From: Octopus vulgaris
Taxonomy: Eukaryota
Assembly (NCBI GenBank): GCA_951406725.2
Contig: OX597824.1
Coordinates: forward strand, 8,866,001-8,930,000
Length of the DNA: 64,000 nucleotides
Reading direction: 5' to 3'
Positions within the stretch are counted from its first letter, which is position 1. Every line of letters begins with the position of its first letter. Positions 52,973-64,000 of the stretch are shown in pieces. Under the pieces are notes generated by a model. It did not search any database, was not told the DNA's origin, and was given only the letters and a program-made list of their open reading frames with translations. Made by a program: the position numbers and the translations under genes.

Positions 52973-53407
52973 CATACATACATACATTCTTTCGCACATC
53001 TATCAATACATACGCCCGCACGTATATACATATATACATTCTCAAAGACATCCGTGCATTCACATGCTCTAATAAACGTACGTTGCTTTCAAAAATTATT
53101 AACTGAAAATAAACTGGAAAGAAAATTTGACGGGAACTATAGAAGCTTTCTTAGTTTTATTTCGCTGGTTGAATACGAAGCAACACATTTGTGTATCAGA
53201 ATTCCTTTACACCAGACAAAACAAGTCGAACTAAAAGGTTTCTCGGAGTTTCGCCATTGTTTTATTGTTTTACGAATATTTGATTCAGAATTGATATTTG
53301 ACGAAAAAAAAAATAACACCCTAAAAGGTAAAACAAAACAGAATATTTGAATGAAAAACTATCACGCTGTATGTAACGTTTTAATTTCGTTCTATGTCTT
53401 GTTTATG

Positions 53408-53760
<353 letters not shown>

Positions 53761-54003
53761 TGTATATACGCATACATGCATGCACTTACATATATAGAAA
53801 CACACATACACACACACACACATTTATGTGTATAGTTTCGTTTCCTTTCTCAGTAAACTTACAGACCTAACACCCCCCCCCCTTACCATTCTTTCCTCCT
53901 CGATTTCGCCGACATTTTATGTTCTAAATACTTATATCACTTGTATGTTTTCGATTCCTGGTTGAGCCGACTAGTCACCCACTTCACTCTCTCTCCTTTC
54001 CTT

Positions 54004-54043
<40 letters not shown>

Positions 54044-54132
54044 CTATCTCCTTATATCTATGTATGTATATGTAAATATATGTGCGTGTGCGTGTGTGTT
54101 TGTGTGCATATATAAATATCTATATGTGTAAA

Positions 54133-54136
<4 letters not shown>

Positions 54137-54187
<51 letters not shown>

Positions 54188-54202
54188 CTATCTATTTCTC
54201 TC

Positions 54203-54249
<47 letters not shown>

Positions 54250-54300
54250 CTCTCTCTATCTCTATCTCTCTCTATCTATCTATCTATATATATATATATA

Positions 54301-54364
<64 letters not shown>

Positions 54365-54365
54365 A

Positions 54366-54440
<75 letters not shown>

Positions 54441-54442
54441 AC

Positions 54443-54520
<78 letters not shown>

Positions 54521-54562
54521 CCTCTCTCTCTCTCTCTCTATCTATCTATCCATCTGTCTGTC
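54137..54562. repeat. Compound (TC)n/(TATC)n/(TGTC)n microsatellite
   Basis: Direct reading. Confidence 0.95.
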
Positions 54563-54899
54563 TTTATAAATGTCTCTCAAACTAATGTCCTTCCTTTTCC
54601 CGTTTTCTTCATTCCTTCCCCCTCTCTTTCCGTCTTGTTTTTCATTCTACTTCTTTCTTTGGTTTTTCTCTTTCTTTCTCCCTGTCTTTCCTTCTCTTTT
54701 TATTTCTTCCTCTCTCTCCTTGTTTACTGCTTCAACCAAGCCTACCTCACTCTATAACAGTTCCTTTCTTTCTTCACTCAAATTCCTTCACTCTCTCTTT
54801 CTCTAACTCTTTACTATTCTCTCGATACCCAGAACCTTATTAATTTCCTTTTCATCATTCTATCTGTCTGTTTCTGTCCCTTTCTCTCTCACTCTCTCA

Positions 54900-54952
<53 letters not shown>

Positions 54953-55146
54953 CGATCTACGTCTATCTCCACCTCCTTTTCCTCTACGTCTCACCCTCTC
55001 TTTTTCCATTGGTTCAGTCTCTACATGTTCCCCTGTCGTGCCATGTTTTGTCTTAGTATTTCTCTTCCAGCGTTCACATTTGAGAGTCTTCCAATCACGC
55101 TTTGTATTTGATTCTGTACGGAAAACGTAAATTAATAAATACATGA

Positions 55147-55221
<75 letters not shown>

Positions 55222-55484
55222 TACACACACAAATACACACACACACAAACACACACACACACACACACACATTTGCATACATATACGCACATACACACAC
55301 ACGTCTGTTTATATATAAGCATGTATATGCACGCGTATATATCTATATCAATACACACACACACACATATATATATATATACACACACACACATATATAT
55401 ATGCATATATATGTATGTGCGTATGAATGCATACAAGTATACTTATAATATATGAATATATATGTATATATGCACACATATATA

Positions 55485-55548
<64 letters not shown>

Positions 55549-56048
55549 CATATATACATATCTGCATAGGCGCATGCATATATGCGATTCTTTGTGTACG
55601 TATGATTCTCTCACAGCCATATCCCCCATCACACCAAGCACATTATCCAATGAAAACTGGTTTTTCATGTCGAGGCTTCAGAGAGAAATATGCAGTAGGG
55701 ATTAGCTTGAATGATATTTATTCTTTGTGTTTTGGGCATTCACCGAATCCAATGAAACTTCCTTAAGAATTCGACTCAATCACAGATTACTTCTACTCTA
55801 TAACCAAAACAAAAAGAATGTCTGAAATAAAATTAAGCAGTTGGAAACATTTGCTACGTGGAAAGAGTCACAGAATGTAAGCGAAACATTAATTCAAAGA
55901 CAGGGTTTTTCTTTTCTGCTAAACAGAAAATGCTTCACTCCTAAAAAAATCTATTCACCTTGTATAAAGCGCAGATCAGATTTATTAATCTTGTACAAAA
56001 AGCTTAGAACATATTTGCTAATCCTCTACGAAGCTTAGGTCGCATTTA

Positions 56049-56268
56049 CGAAGGGGTGCTGAAAAGTTTCTAGCTTTAAGGGAGGGTGTCGCGAAAGGCC
56101 TGGTTGGTGGCCTAACCTTCCGAATTCTTATGCAGATCTTAGAAAAACTGAAGGACCATTGCAATAATTGTATGAATCTGAGAACGGTGTGTGTTGAATA
56201 AATCATTATTAACTGATCCTCTTGTATTTTCTTTTACCCAAAGCCAGGAACTTTTCAGTACTCACTCG
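56049..56268. mobile_element. Mariner-type MITE, 220 bp, TA TSD
   Basis: TA|cgaaggggtgctgaaaagtttctagcttt ... aaagccaggaacttttcagtactcactcg|TA. Confidence 0.85.
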
Positions 56269-56528
56269 TACTGAAGCTTAGGTCAGGTTGCGTTTGCTAT
56301 CTTCTTCAAAGTTCACGTTGCCACAGACCACTAAGCTGTAAATGAAACCAACTATAGTTGGGATGTTAACCCTGCGAAGGACTGGCATCCCGTTCAGGAG
56401 CGAAGGATTTGACGCCAGTCATTTATAGGCAATTGAAACCAGATTGTGCTCTGGATAGATCAACTATTCTACAAAGCTCAGGTCTGATATACTACCTACT
56501 GGCCTTCCAACGCTCAGATAGCATATAT

Positions 56529-56943
56529 ATTTCTTTATTGCCCACAAGGGGCAAATCATAGATGGGACAAACAAGGATAGACAAATGGATTAAGTCGATT
56601 ACATTGACCCTAGTGCGAAACTGGTACTTTATTTATCGACCCCGAAAGGATGAAAGGCAAAGTCGACCTCGGCGGAATTTGAACTTAGAACGTAACGACA
56701 GACGAAATACCTATTTCTTTACTACCCACAAGGGGCTAAACAAAGGGAGGACAAACAAGGACAGACAGACGGATTAAGTCGATTACATCGACCCCAGTGC
56801 GTAACTGGTACCTAATTTATCGACCCCAAAAGATGAAAGGCAAAGTCGACCTCGGCGGAATTTGAACTCAGAACGTAGCGACAGACGAAATACCGCTAAG
56901 CATTTCGCCCGGCGCGCTAACGTGTCTGCCAAATCGACGCCTT
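56529..56943 (-). mobile_element. SINE family C with two tandem core units and a 20-bp TSD
   Basis: TSD aacgctcagatagcatatat (56509-56528) vs aacgctcaaatagcacatat (56944-56963). Confidence 0.88.
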
Positions 56944-57324
56944 AACGCTCAAATAGCACATATTCTAGATTATAGCACTCGAGCCACGGAGGTAAGCAGA
57001 GGGCTCCTAAGACAACCGGGAGCTATCACGCTTCACCTCTGCTTCGGTCACTGGGTATCGACCCTATTCCCTGGGCACCTATTTGTAGAATTTTGTACTG
57101 CTCTCACATGTACATAATCGTTCTTAGCATAACCAAGCAGAGCAGCCAAATCATTTTCATCAGTGCTTGAATAAGTGTGTGTATTTTTGATGTATATCGA
57201 AGCTATTTTCATACAAATATTGAAAGATCGATAAATATATAGTGGAGGAGACAGAAGAGAATGGGAACAGCATGCTTGGTACTGAGAAACCTACAGACGT
57301 TCACCTCAATCCTCGTTCTCCCAC

Positions 57325-57418
<94 letters not shown>

Positions 57419-57429
57419 AATCTACTATC

Positions 57430-57572
57430 TTCCCCCCCCTTTTTGTCCACTTTCTTTCCTTTTACGATCCCTTTTGATCGAAAACCAAACCTCCTTTTTA
57501 CCCCCAAAAGAAAAGCTCTACCTTGTAATTTGTCCTGTCTGTGTGCAGCCCTGTGTGGCTAATAAAGAAACA
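57430..57572 (+). mobile_element. Second copy of the (TATC)n-associated element 3' end
   Basis: Matches 89-200; a (TATC)n tract lies upstream (57326-57418) and TATC follows it. Confidence 0.65.
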
Positions 57573-57621
57573 TATCTATCAACTTATATTTATATGAAAA
57601 TCTATATATGTACGTAAATGT

Positions 57622-57693
<72 letters not shown>

Positions 57694-59574
57694 TGTGTGT
57701 GTATGTGTGTGTGTCTATAAGTATATATATATGTGTGAATATATACATTAAATGATAAATACGGTTTTCATAAACGAGGCTCTAACAACATGACATTTAT
57801 AGGAAAACGAAATAGTTAAAGAAACACAAAAATGAAGGTTATAAATGAGACGCCAGCTTACTTTATTTCCGGTTTCATTTACAATAAATAACTGCTTTTA
57901 TCAATTTTCCCAACTTTCATCTTTCACATTACTTTAAATCGTCCATCGGCGATATATTTATGGGGAATGTTTTCTTGAGAGAAGCTCTAAGAGATAAACT
58001 TGGTAAAGAAAAAAAATGTAAGGGGCTGTCTAAATTAAAAGCACTTTATACATTCGTATATAGTTATGTATATAACAGAATATACTTTCGATCTCCCATA
58101 TTCTGAGGACGAGAAAACACTAGCAAGGCAGATTTGCCGTTAATCCAGCTAGAGTCAATAATACAGGCATTTCTAACTTATTGTGTTCGATCCAATGAAC
58201 TGTTTCACCATATGACTAATATAAACAAAATCGATATTAATAAAACCTTATGCGTTGTTGCCTGAAATATGTTAGGGTAAGTAATTTCTGAATTTCAGTC
58301 CCGTTTCGCTTCGCATTTTGTCGTTCGATAGTCAATAACAGGAATATATCAATAATATATTCGAAGCGATTTAATCGACTAAGTTCAGTCTCTTGTAAAA
58401 CTCGGTTATTTCTAAACGAGTCCAACGAAATCAATCTCGTGAAATCCCCGTGATTAAGAAGTCAATTTTTCCACGAATACATCTACGACGAGATTTCGAT
58501 TCCTAGTACTTCCTGTTTATCCTTCTAGCTTATCTCTAATTCTCTTTCAAGAGGCATCAACGTCACGACTTCGTTTTCCTCTACCGAATCTCTTATTTTA
58601 TGGACTCTCTATACCTCATTGAAAGAAACCAGTATTATTATAGTCATATAGTCATTTGACCATATTTTTTCTTACCATTTACCTTCTTTTAATTCTATTC
58701 CATGCAATAAAGTCCGTTTGATTCTCATGGTTTATGAATTTCTAAAACATTTATATGACACTTTTGATTAAGACATTAAAGAAAAGCGTATTCTGTTTGC
58801 AGATATTTCGAAGAATTCTAGACTCTGTCTTCGTAAATAAAATATCATTCCTGAATACAGCAAATTCATGTCTGCTAGATTTTTCAGTAAATTTAAACAG
58901 CTTCTATTTAGCTAAAACGTACAGTGTGAGTAGAAATGAATCGCCTTCCTCCTCTTATCATGTATCGGGGAAACAGCAAATTATTGGATAACTTCAAACT
59001 TTTGCCAGCAATCTCGATTAACTGCTTGTCTTTGTTTGATACTATAGAGATTTAACAATTATTTAATGCTCATCAATGGATCATGTTTCCAATCACTTTA
59101 TTTAAGAGAAGAAATATAGAAAGAATTCTATGCGACTAGTTTTCCTTATAAACTAGCATCGTAGATCTATTACAACCACGACCAGAGCCCACGACAATTA
59201 TGGCTGTCACATTTGTTGTTGCTTAACGGACGCCATTACTATGACTCCGTAGCTAACAATCCCACGTCGCTCCAACTATGTTTGATTACACTTTCGTACT
59301 ATCTAAATCAGTTTCTGGTTTTCTCTTTCTCTATTCTTCTTTCTACTTATAAGTTCTTCTATTTACATATTCTTTTAGTGCCATATTTCACACGCAACAT
59401 ACACACACAGACACATACACACGCTTACGCGCACAAACGCGCGCATTTTCACACAAATTTAGATAAAATAGCACAAAAGGTGAAAGGAACAAAAGAGACG
59501 GAGAGTTAAACGTGAGAGGCAAGAAAAGTTAAACAAAAATTCAAAAGGTGTGTAAAAAAACACACATATTGGTG

Positions 59575-59722
59575 TGGGCGGGTGGGTGGTAAGAAGCTTA
59601 CTTCACAACCACATGGATTTGGGTTCAGTCCCGCTGCGTGACATATTGGGCGAGTGTCTTGTTCAATAGACTCAAGCCTTGTGAGTGGATTTGGTTGGAG
59701 GAAACTGGAAAAAGCACGCCGT
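59575..59722 (+). mobile_element. SINE family B 5' part
   Basis: tggtaagaagcttac...gggttcagtcccgctgcgtg...ttgggcgagtgtctt...gccttgtgagtggatttgg. Confidence 0.7.
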
Positions 59723-60835
59723 ATATATGCGTATTATTCAACTACGAGAGTAGTTGAATAATATTCTTAAGACCACAATTTACTCTCACGCATCACCTTC
59801 AGAGATTTGTCGCTAAATCCGTTCTTAACCAAACTGAAACCGGGAAACCGGGTCCATAAGCCTGGGTAGGCTTTAAAAGGGCGCATTTTATAATATAATA
59901 CACTTCTTGGCGCGGATGTTTGCACCGTAAAACATTCCACTAAAAGCAACCCACGATCAAGTAATGTGTAAAATCTGACGACAGTTTAAATTTAACCCTG
60001 GAAATACTGTGCGATCTATCATTTATTTGGGGAGAACGAATGGGTGTTTTACTGTTTAGTATCCCGTATGTGGATCTGTAGTATTAACTCAGCAGATGAA
60101 CAGAATTAATATATAAATATTTAGTAGCTGTATATTTGAATGGGTATTTTCAATTTATGATAGTATTTCCGGAGGTTATATGTACTGAGAATCTTTGTGA
60201 TATAGTTTTACGTTAATATTGTTGTTATTGAATTCGTTGTCAATTTTAACAAAGGAAAAGCTAAGAAGAAAAAAAAGGCAATACGCCATGAAGATAATGT
60301 GGCCAGGAAGAGTTAACATATGACATAGCTCTGCTTTAGACGATGTGATCTTTAGCTCTCATCTTGTTACTGTCAGCGAACGCCGCCAGAGAAATGCGGG
60401 TCCTATGAGTATATCATGTTTCGGAGAAGAATGAAAGAAAAAAAAAAAGAAAAGAGATTAAGAAAAAGGCATCGATTATTTTAACAAACGCCAAAAGGGA
60501 TTTCAAAGGCTTATAGAGACAATATAGGTTAAAATAATAGTAATAATAGAAAAATAATAAAAATGAAAATTACAAGAAACCAATTGAGACGGAGATGTTG
60601 TTCATATAACTGTCATTTGCAAAGAATTGAAAATCATGGAAGATTCCCGATAGATTCCAATATTTAAGGAGGAATTCAATGAAAATAAGTGTATCTGACA
60701 TTTAAATAATTTTCCTTCGACTTCTTCTTCGTCGTTCTTTCAACCTACTTCTTTCTATTTTCTCACCCTCCATCCATTTTGTTTAACTCTTTCATTTGCC
60801 GCCTCCGTTTCTGTATTTGTACGCGTCTCTTAATA

Positions 60836-60902
60836 TCTATCCATCCATCCATCCATCCATCCATCCATCCATCCATCCATCCATCCATCCATCCATCCAT
60901 CC

Positions 60903-60966
<64 letters not shown>

Positions 60967-60987
60967 GCCTGCCTGTCTTTTTGTCGC

Positions 60988-61051
<64 letters not shown>

Positions 61052-61118
61052 CCTACCTACCTACCTATCTATCTATCTCTTTGCCCCCTTCTTCGTTTCT
61101 TTTCCTCTCTTCGCTCTC

Positions 61119-61167
<49 letters not shown>
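60836..61167. repeat. Compound (CCAT)n(CTAT)n(CT)n microsatellite
   Basis: Direct reading. Confidence 0.95.
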
Positions 61168-61168
<1 letters not shown>

Positions 61169-61529
61169 AGGCTGTGTGTTTGTGAATGTGGGTGTATCCG
61201 AATGTTAGCTTGCCGAAAACGATCGATATAACGAGAGCGCAATATTTCTATAACTAACAAGTGATTTTGTAATTTGACTTTAAATAATCTATGGACAATC
61301 GTTCGTACGAACTGCGTCTGAACCAGGTAACTTCATCTTGTAGGACATTAAGGCGAACAAGGAAAAGTAGACGTGGTGTGTGTATGTGTGATTGAGCTTG
61401 TGTATGTATGCGTGACTGTATGTATGTACACTATACGCGAGATTATATACCAAGTATAAATATATAATTCCATGCACATACACACACACACACACACACA
61501 TAATGAGTTCTATTACAAAATTTCATGTA

Positions 61530-61568
<39 letters not shown>

Positions 61569-61569
61569 G

Positions 61570-61730
61570 TAGCGTGGCTGTGTAGTAAGAAGCTTGCTCC
61601 CTAACAACATGGTCATGGTTCAGGGTTCAGTCCTACTGCGAGGTTCCTTCGACAAGTATCTTCTATCATAGCGTCGGGTCGATCAAAATCTCGTGAATGA
61701 ATTTAGGAGACGGAAATTAAAAAAAGAAGC
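61570..61730 (+). mobile_element. SINE family B 5' part, degenerate
   Basis: gcgtggctgtgtagtaagaagcttgc...gggttcagtcctactgcg. Confidence 0.65.
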
Positions 61731-61958
61731 TCTTCAAATATATTTTCGAAAACTGTACCGGTAAAATTTCCACTTATTTCTTATTTATTAAACGAAAATA
61801 AAAATAAGAAAATAAGTGGAAATTTTACCGGTGAGTGTGTTAAATTTCAAGGTACTAAGAGAGAATGACTCTCCCCAGACACAACAGAATATGCTTCAAC
61901 ACACGAACTCACATAAAGAATCTTGTAAACCAAATCCCAAAACGAAATACACACACAC

Positions 61959-62079
<121 letters not shown>

Positions 62080-62981
62080 AGAATGGACATTTAATATTCT
62101 ACCATTTCATTATATTATATTATTATTAGATTGTAAATAAAACGTGACAAAGTTGGAATTTCTTTAAGTAATATATTCCTCTATACACTATCCTACACAC
62201 TCGAGTATATGTATATGTGTGTATGTATGTATGTATGCATGTCTGTCTGTATGTATGTTGGTGGTCGTTGCTTGTGTGTGTGTACGTTTAAATGTACTTT
62301 TATGGGAAATCAAACGACCAATCAACGAACGTTTCATCAAGTTTTACAATTACAATAATTTTTTCTATTCCTTGTGATTGATGAACGAAGATTTTGAAAT
62401 AAATGTTATTACTAGAGTGCCTGTCGCATCTCTGCTATAGATTTAAGTAGACTTCGTTTAATTGTTTAACCCAAGGTCAAAAATGTTCAAGGGGCGGTTG
62501 ATTTCGACAGTCGTTGAAATCGTCACCATCTGTTTCTATCTTTCAATGGTCACTATATCGAATTTGTCCTTCATTTCGAAGATGGTAAGATTCTAAGTGT
62601 CATTTGAATCTTATTGATAACTAGCTATCTTCTTCTTCTTCTTCTTCTTCTTCTTCTTCTTCTTCTTCTTCTTCTTCTTCTTCTTCTTCCAATCAGGACT
62701 CACGCCATTAGCCACAAAAGAATAATCTCTAATTCGAGCCTACTCTAAGCTACTGAGAATGTGTGCAGCAACTTGAAGATCCACTCGCCACACGCGATAG
62801 ACTGGCGGTTGCACGGGCGCGAGGGCTACGTTGTTATCCTCATTCCGTAAACGGTGGCTTTTAACGGGTGGAGAGCTGAACCATCCTGGGTTACAGAGGA
62901 TGAGCAATCTATACTAGGGTCTGAAAGTTTACCACACTATAGTGGGTTACACCATTGTTCCTCTGCTTTGAGGCAGAAGTA

Positions 62982-63166
62982 GGAAGAAAGAGTGAGAGAA
63001 AGTTGCGGTGAAAGAGTACAGCGGAGTTCACTCCCCCCACCACCAGAACCTTATGGAGCTTAGGTGTTTTTGCTCAATAAACACGCACAATGCCCGGTCT
63101 GTGAATCGAAACCGCGTTCTTACGGCCGCGATTCCGCTGCCCTAACCACTGGTCCATTGCACCTCC
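62982..63166 (-). mobile_element. SINE family A 5' half
   Basis: gaaagagtgagagaaagttgcggtgaaagagtacagc...gctgccctaaccactggtccattgcacctcc. Confidence 0.8.
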
Positions 63167-63430
63167 ACACTAGCTGTTGTGAAACAATACACGTGTATGT
63201 GTGTGTCTATGTGTATGTGTGTGTGTGCGCGTGTGTCTGTGTATGTGAGAATATTTAAACAACGCCATATATATATATATATATATCCGCAGTCAATCTG
63301 GTATAGTTTACTAACTCGTTTAAAGATGGGGATTATCTAACCTCAGGTCTCATGTTCCTCTCGGTTCAGCAGAGTACCTCAAATATACGAACCAGAAATA
63401 CAGATTACCGTCTCTCGTACGTTTGCACGT

Positions 63431-63480
<50 letters not shown>

Positions 63481-64000
63481 TTTATATAAAATATATATAT
63501 ATATATACATACATATATATGTTTGTCTGTGTGTGTATCTGTGTGTTGTGTGTTTATGTCCACACATATATACAGGATAAACTTATACTTGCACACGCAC
63601 GATCATGGATATTTGTGTGTGCATGTGTGTGCATATCTCAGGTGAATGGCTTTGCATTTCTCATAAGGTTTGCAGCACACACAATATGAGATTTATACCC
63701 GAAAGCACAATGAAAAGCAAGCAGAAGATATGAACTTTGAACTGGATAACCCCAGTCAAACCGTCTCTACTTTCTTGATACAAAGCTTCGGGTGATTACG
63801 ATTAGTATACAGATGGTAAACTATGTTGTGTATGTTGTCTGCAAATATATCCGATAAATGTACGTTATCTGAGCGAGAAGGTGTCAAATAGACAACATTT
63901 ACTTTTTTCAATATGGCTGTTAGCGTGAGCGCGAAATATGAGACTGCGCTGCGTCTAAAAGGTAGATTTGATTCAGTTTTGCTACGGAATTCACGCACAG

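Noticed and set aside
62690-62975. GC-richer segment after (CTT)n, possibly a retroelement UTR
   Set aside because: No second copy or coding motif in the window to support a call.

Overview
AT-rich, microsatellite-saturated animal DNA, either intergenic or intronic. The SINE repertoire and the (TA)n/(CA)n/(TATC)n load point to an octopus or related coleoid cephalopod (inference). No host gene exon could be supported; nearly all ORFs in the track are microsatellite translations. The real coding remnants are a frameshifted Tc1 transposase, a decayed mariner and two RTE-clade LINE 3' fragments. The window also has many tRNA-derived SINE copies of at least 3 families, two mariner-type MITEs and a long-inverted-repeat element. 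The standout feature is a 5.3-kb head-to-tail array of about 9.8 apparently identical 535-bp non-coding units (35511-40775). Each unit carries a complete type I hammerhead ribozyme with a palindromic stem III. The array is preceded by a 192-bp inverted partial copy and embedded in (TA)n, i.e. a Penelope-like pseudo-LTR / retrozyme-type element predicted to give 535-nt self-cleaved (possibly circular) RNAs. Three further, sequence-unrelated hammerhead-like families occur in (TA)n-flanked islands: 1724-1824 (minus), 1444-1481, and a minimal-hammerhead family at about 2.8, 7.5 and 15.9 kb. All analysis was by eye; no database searches or folding programs were run.
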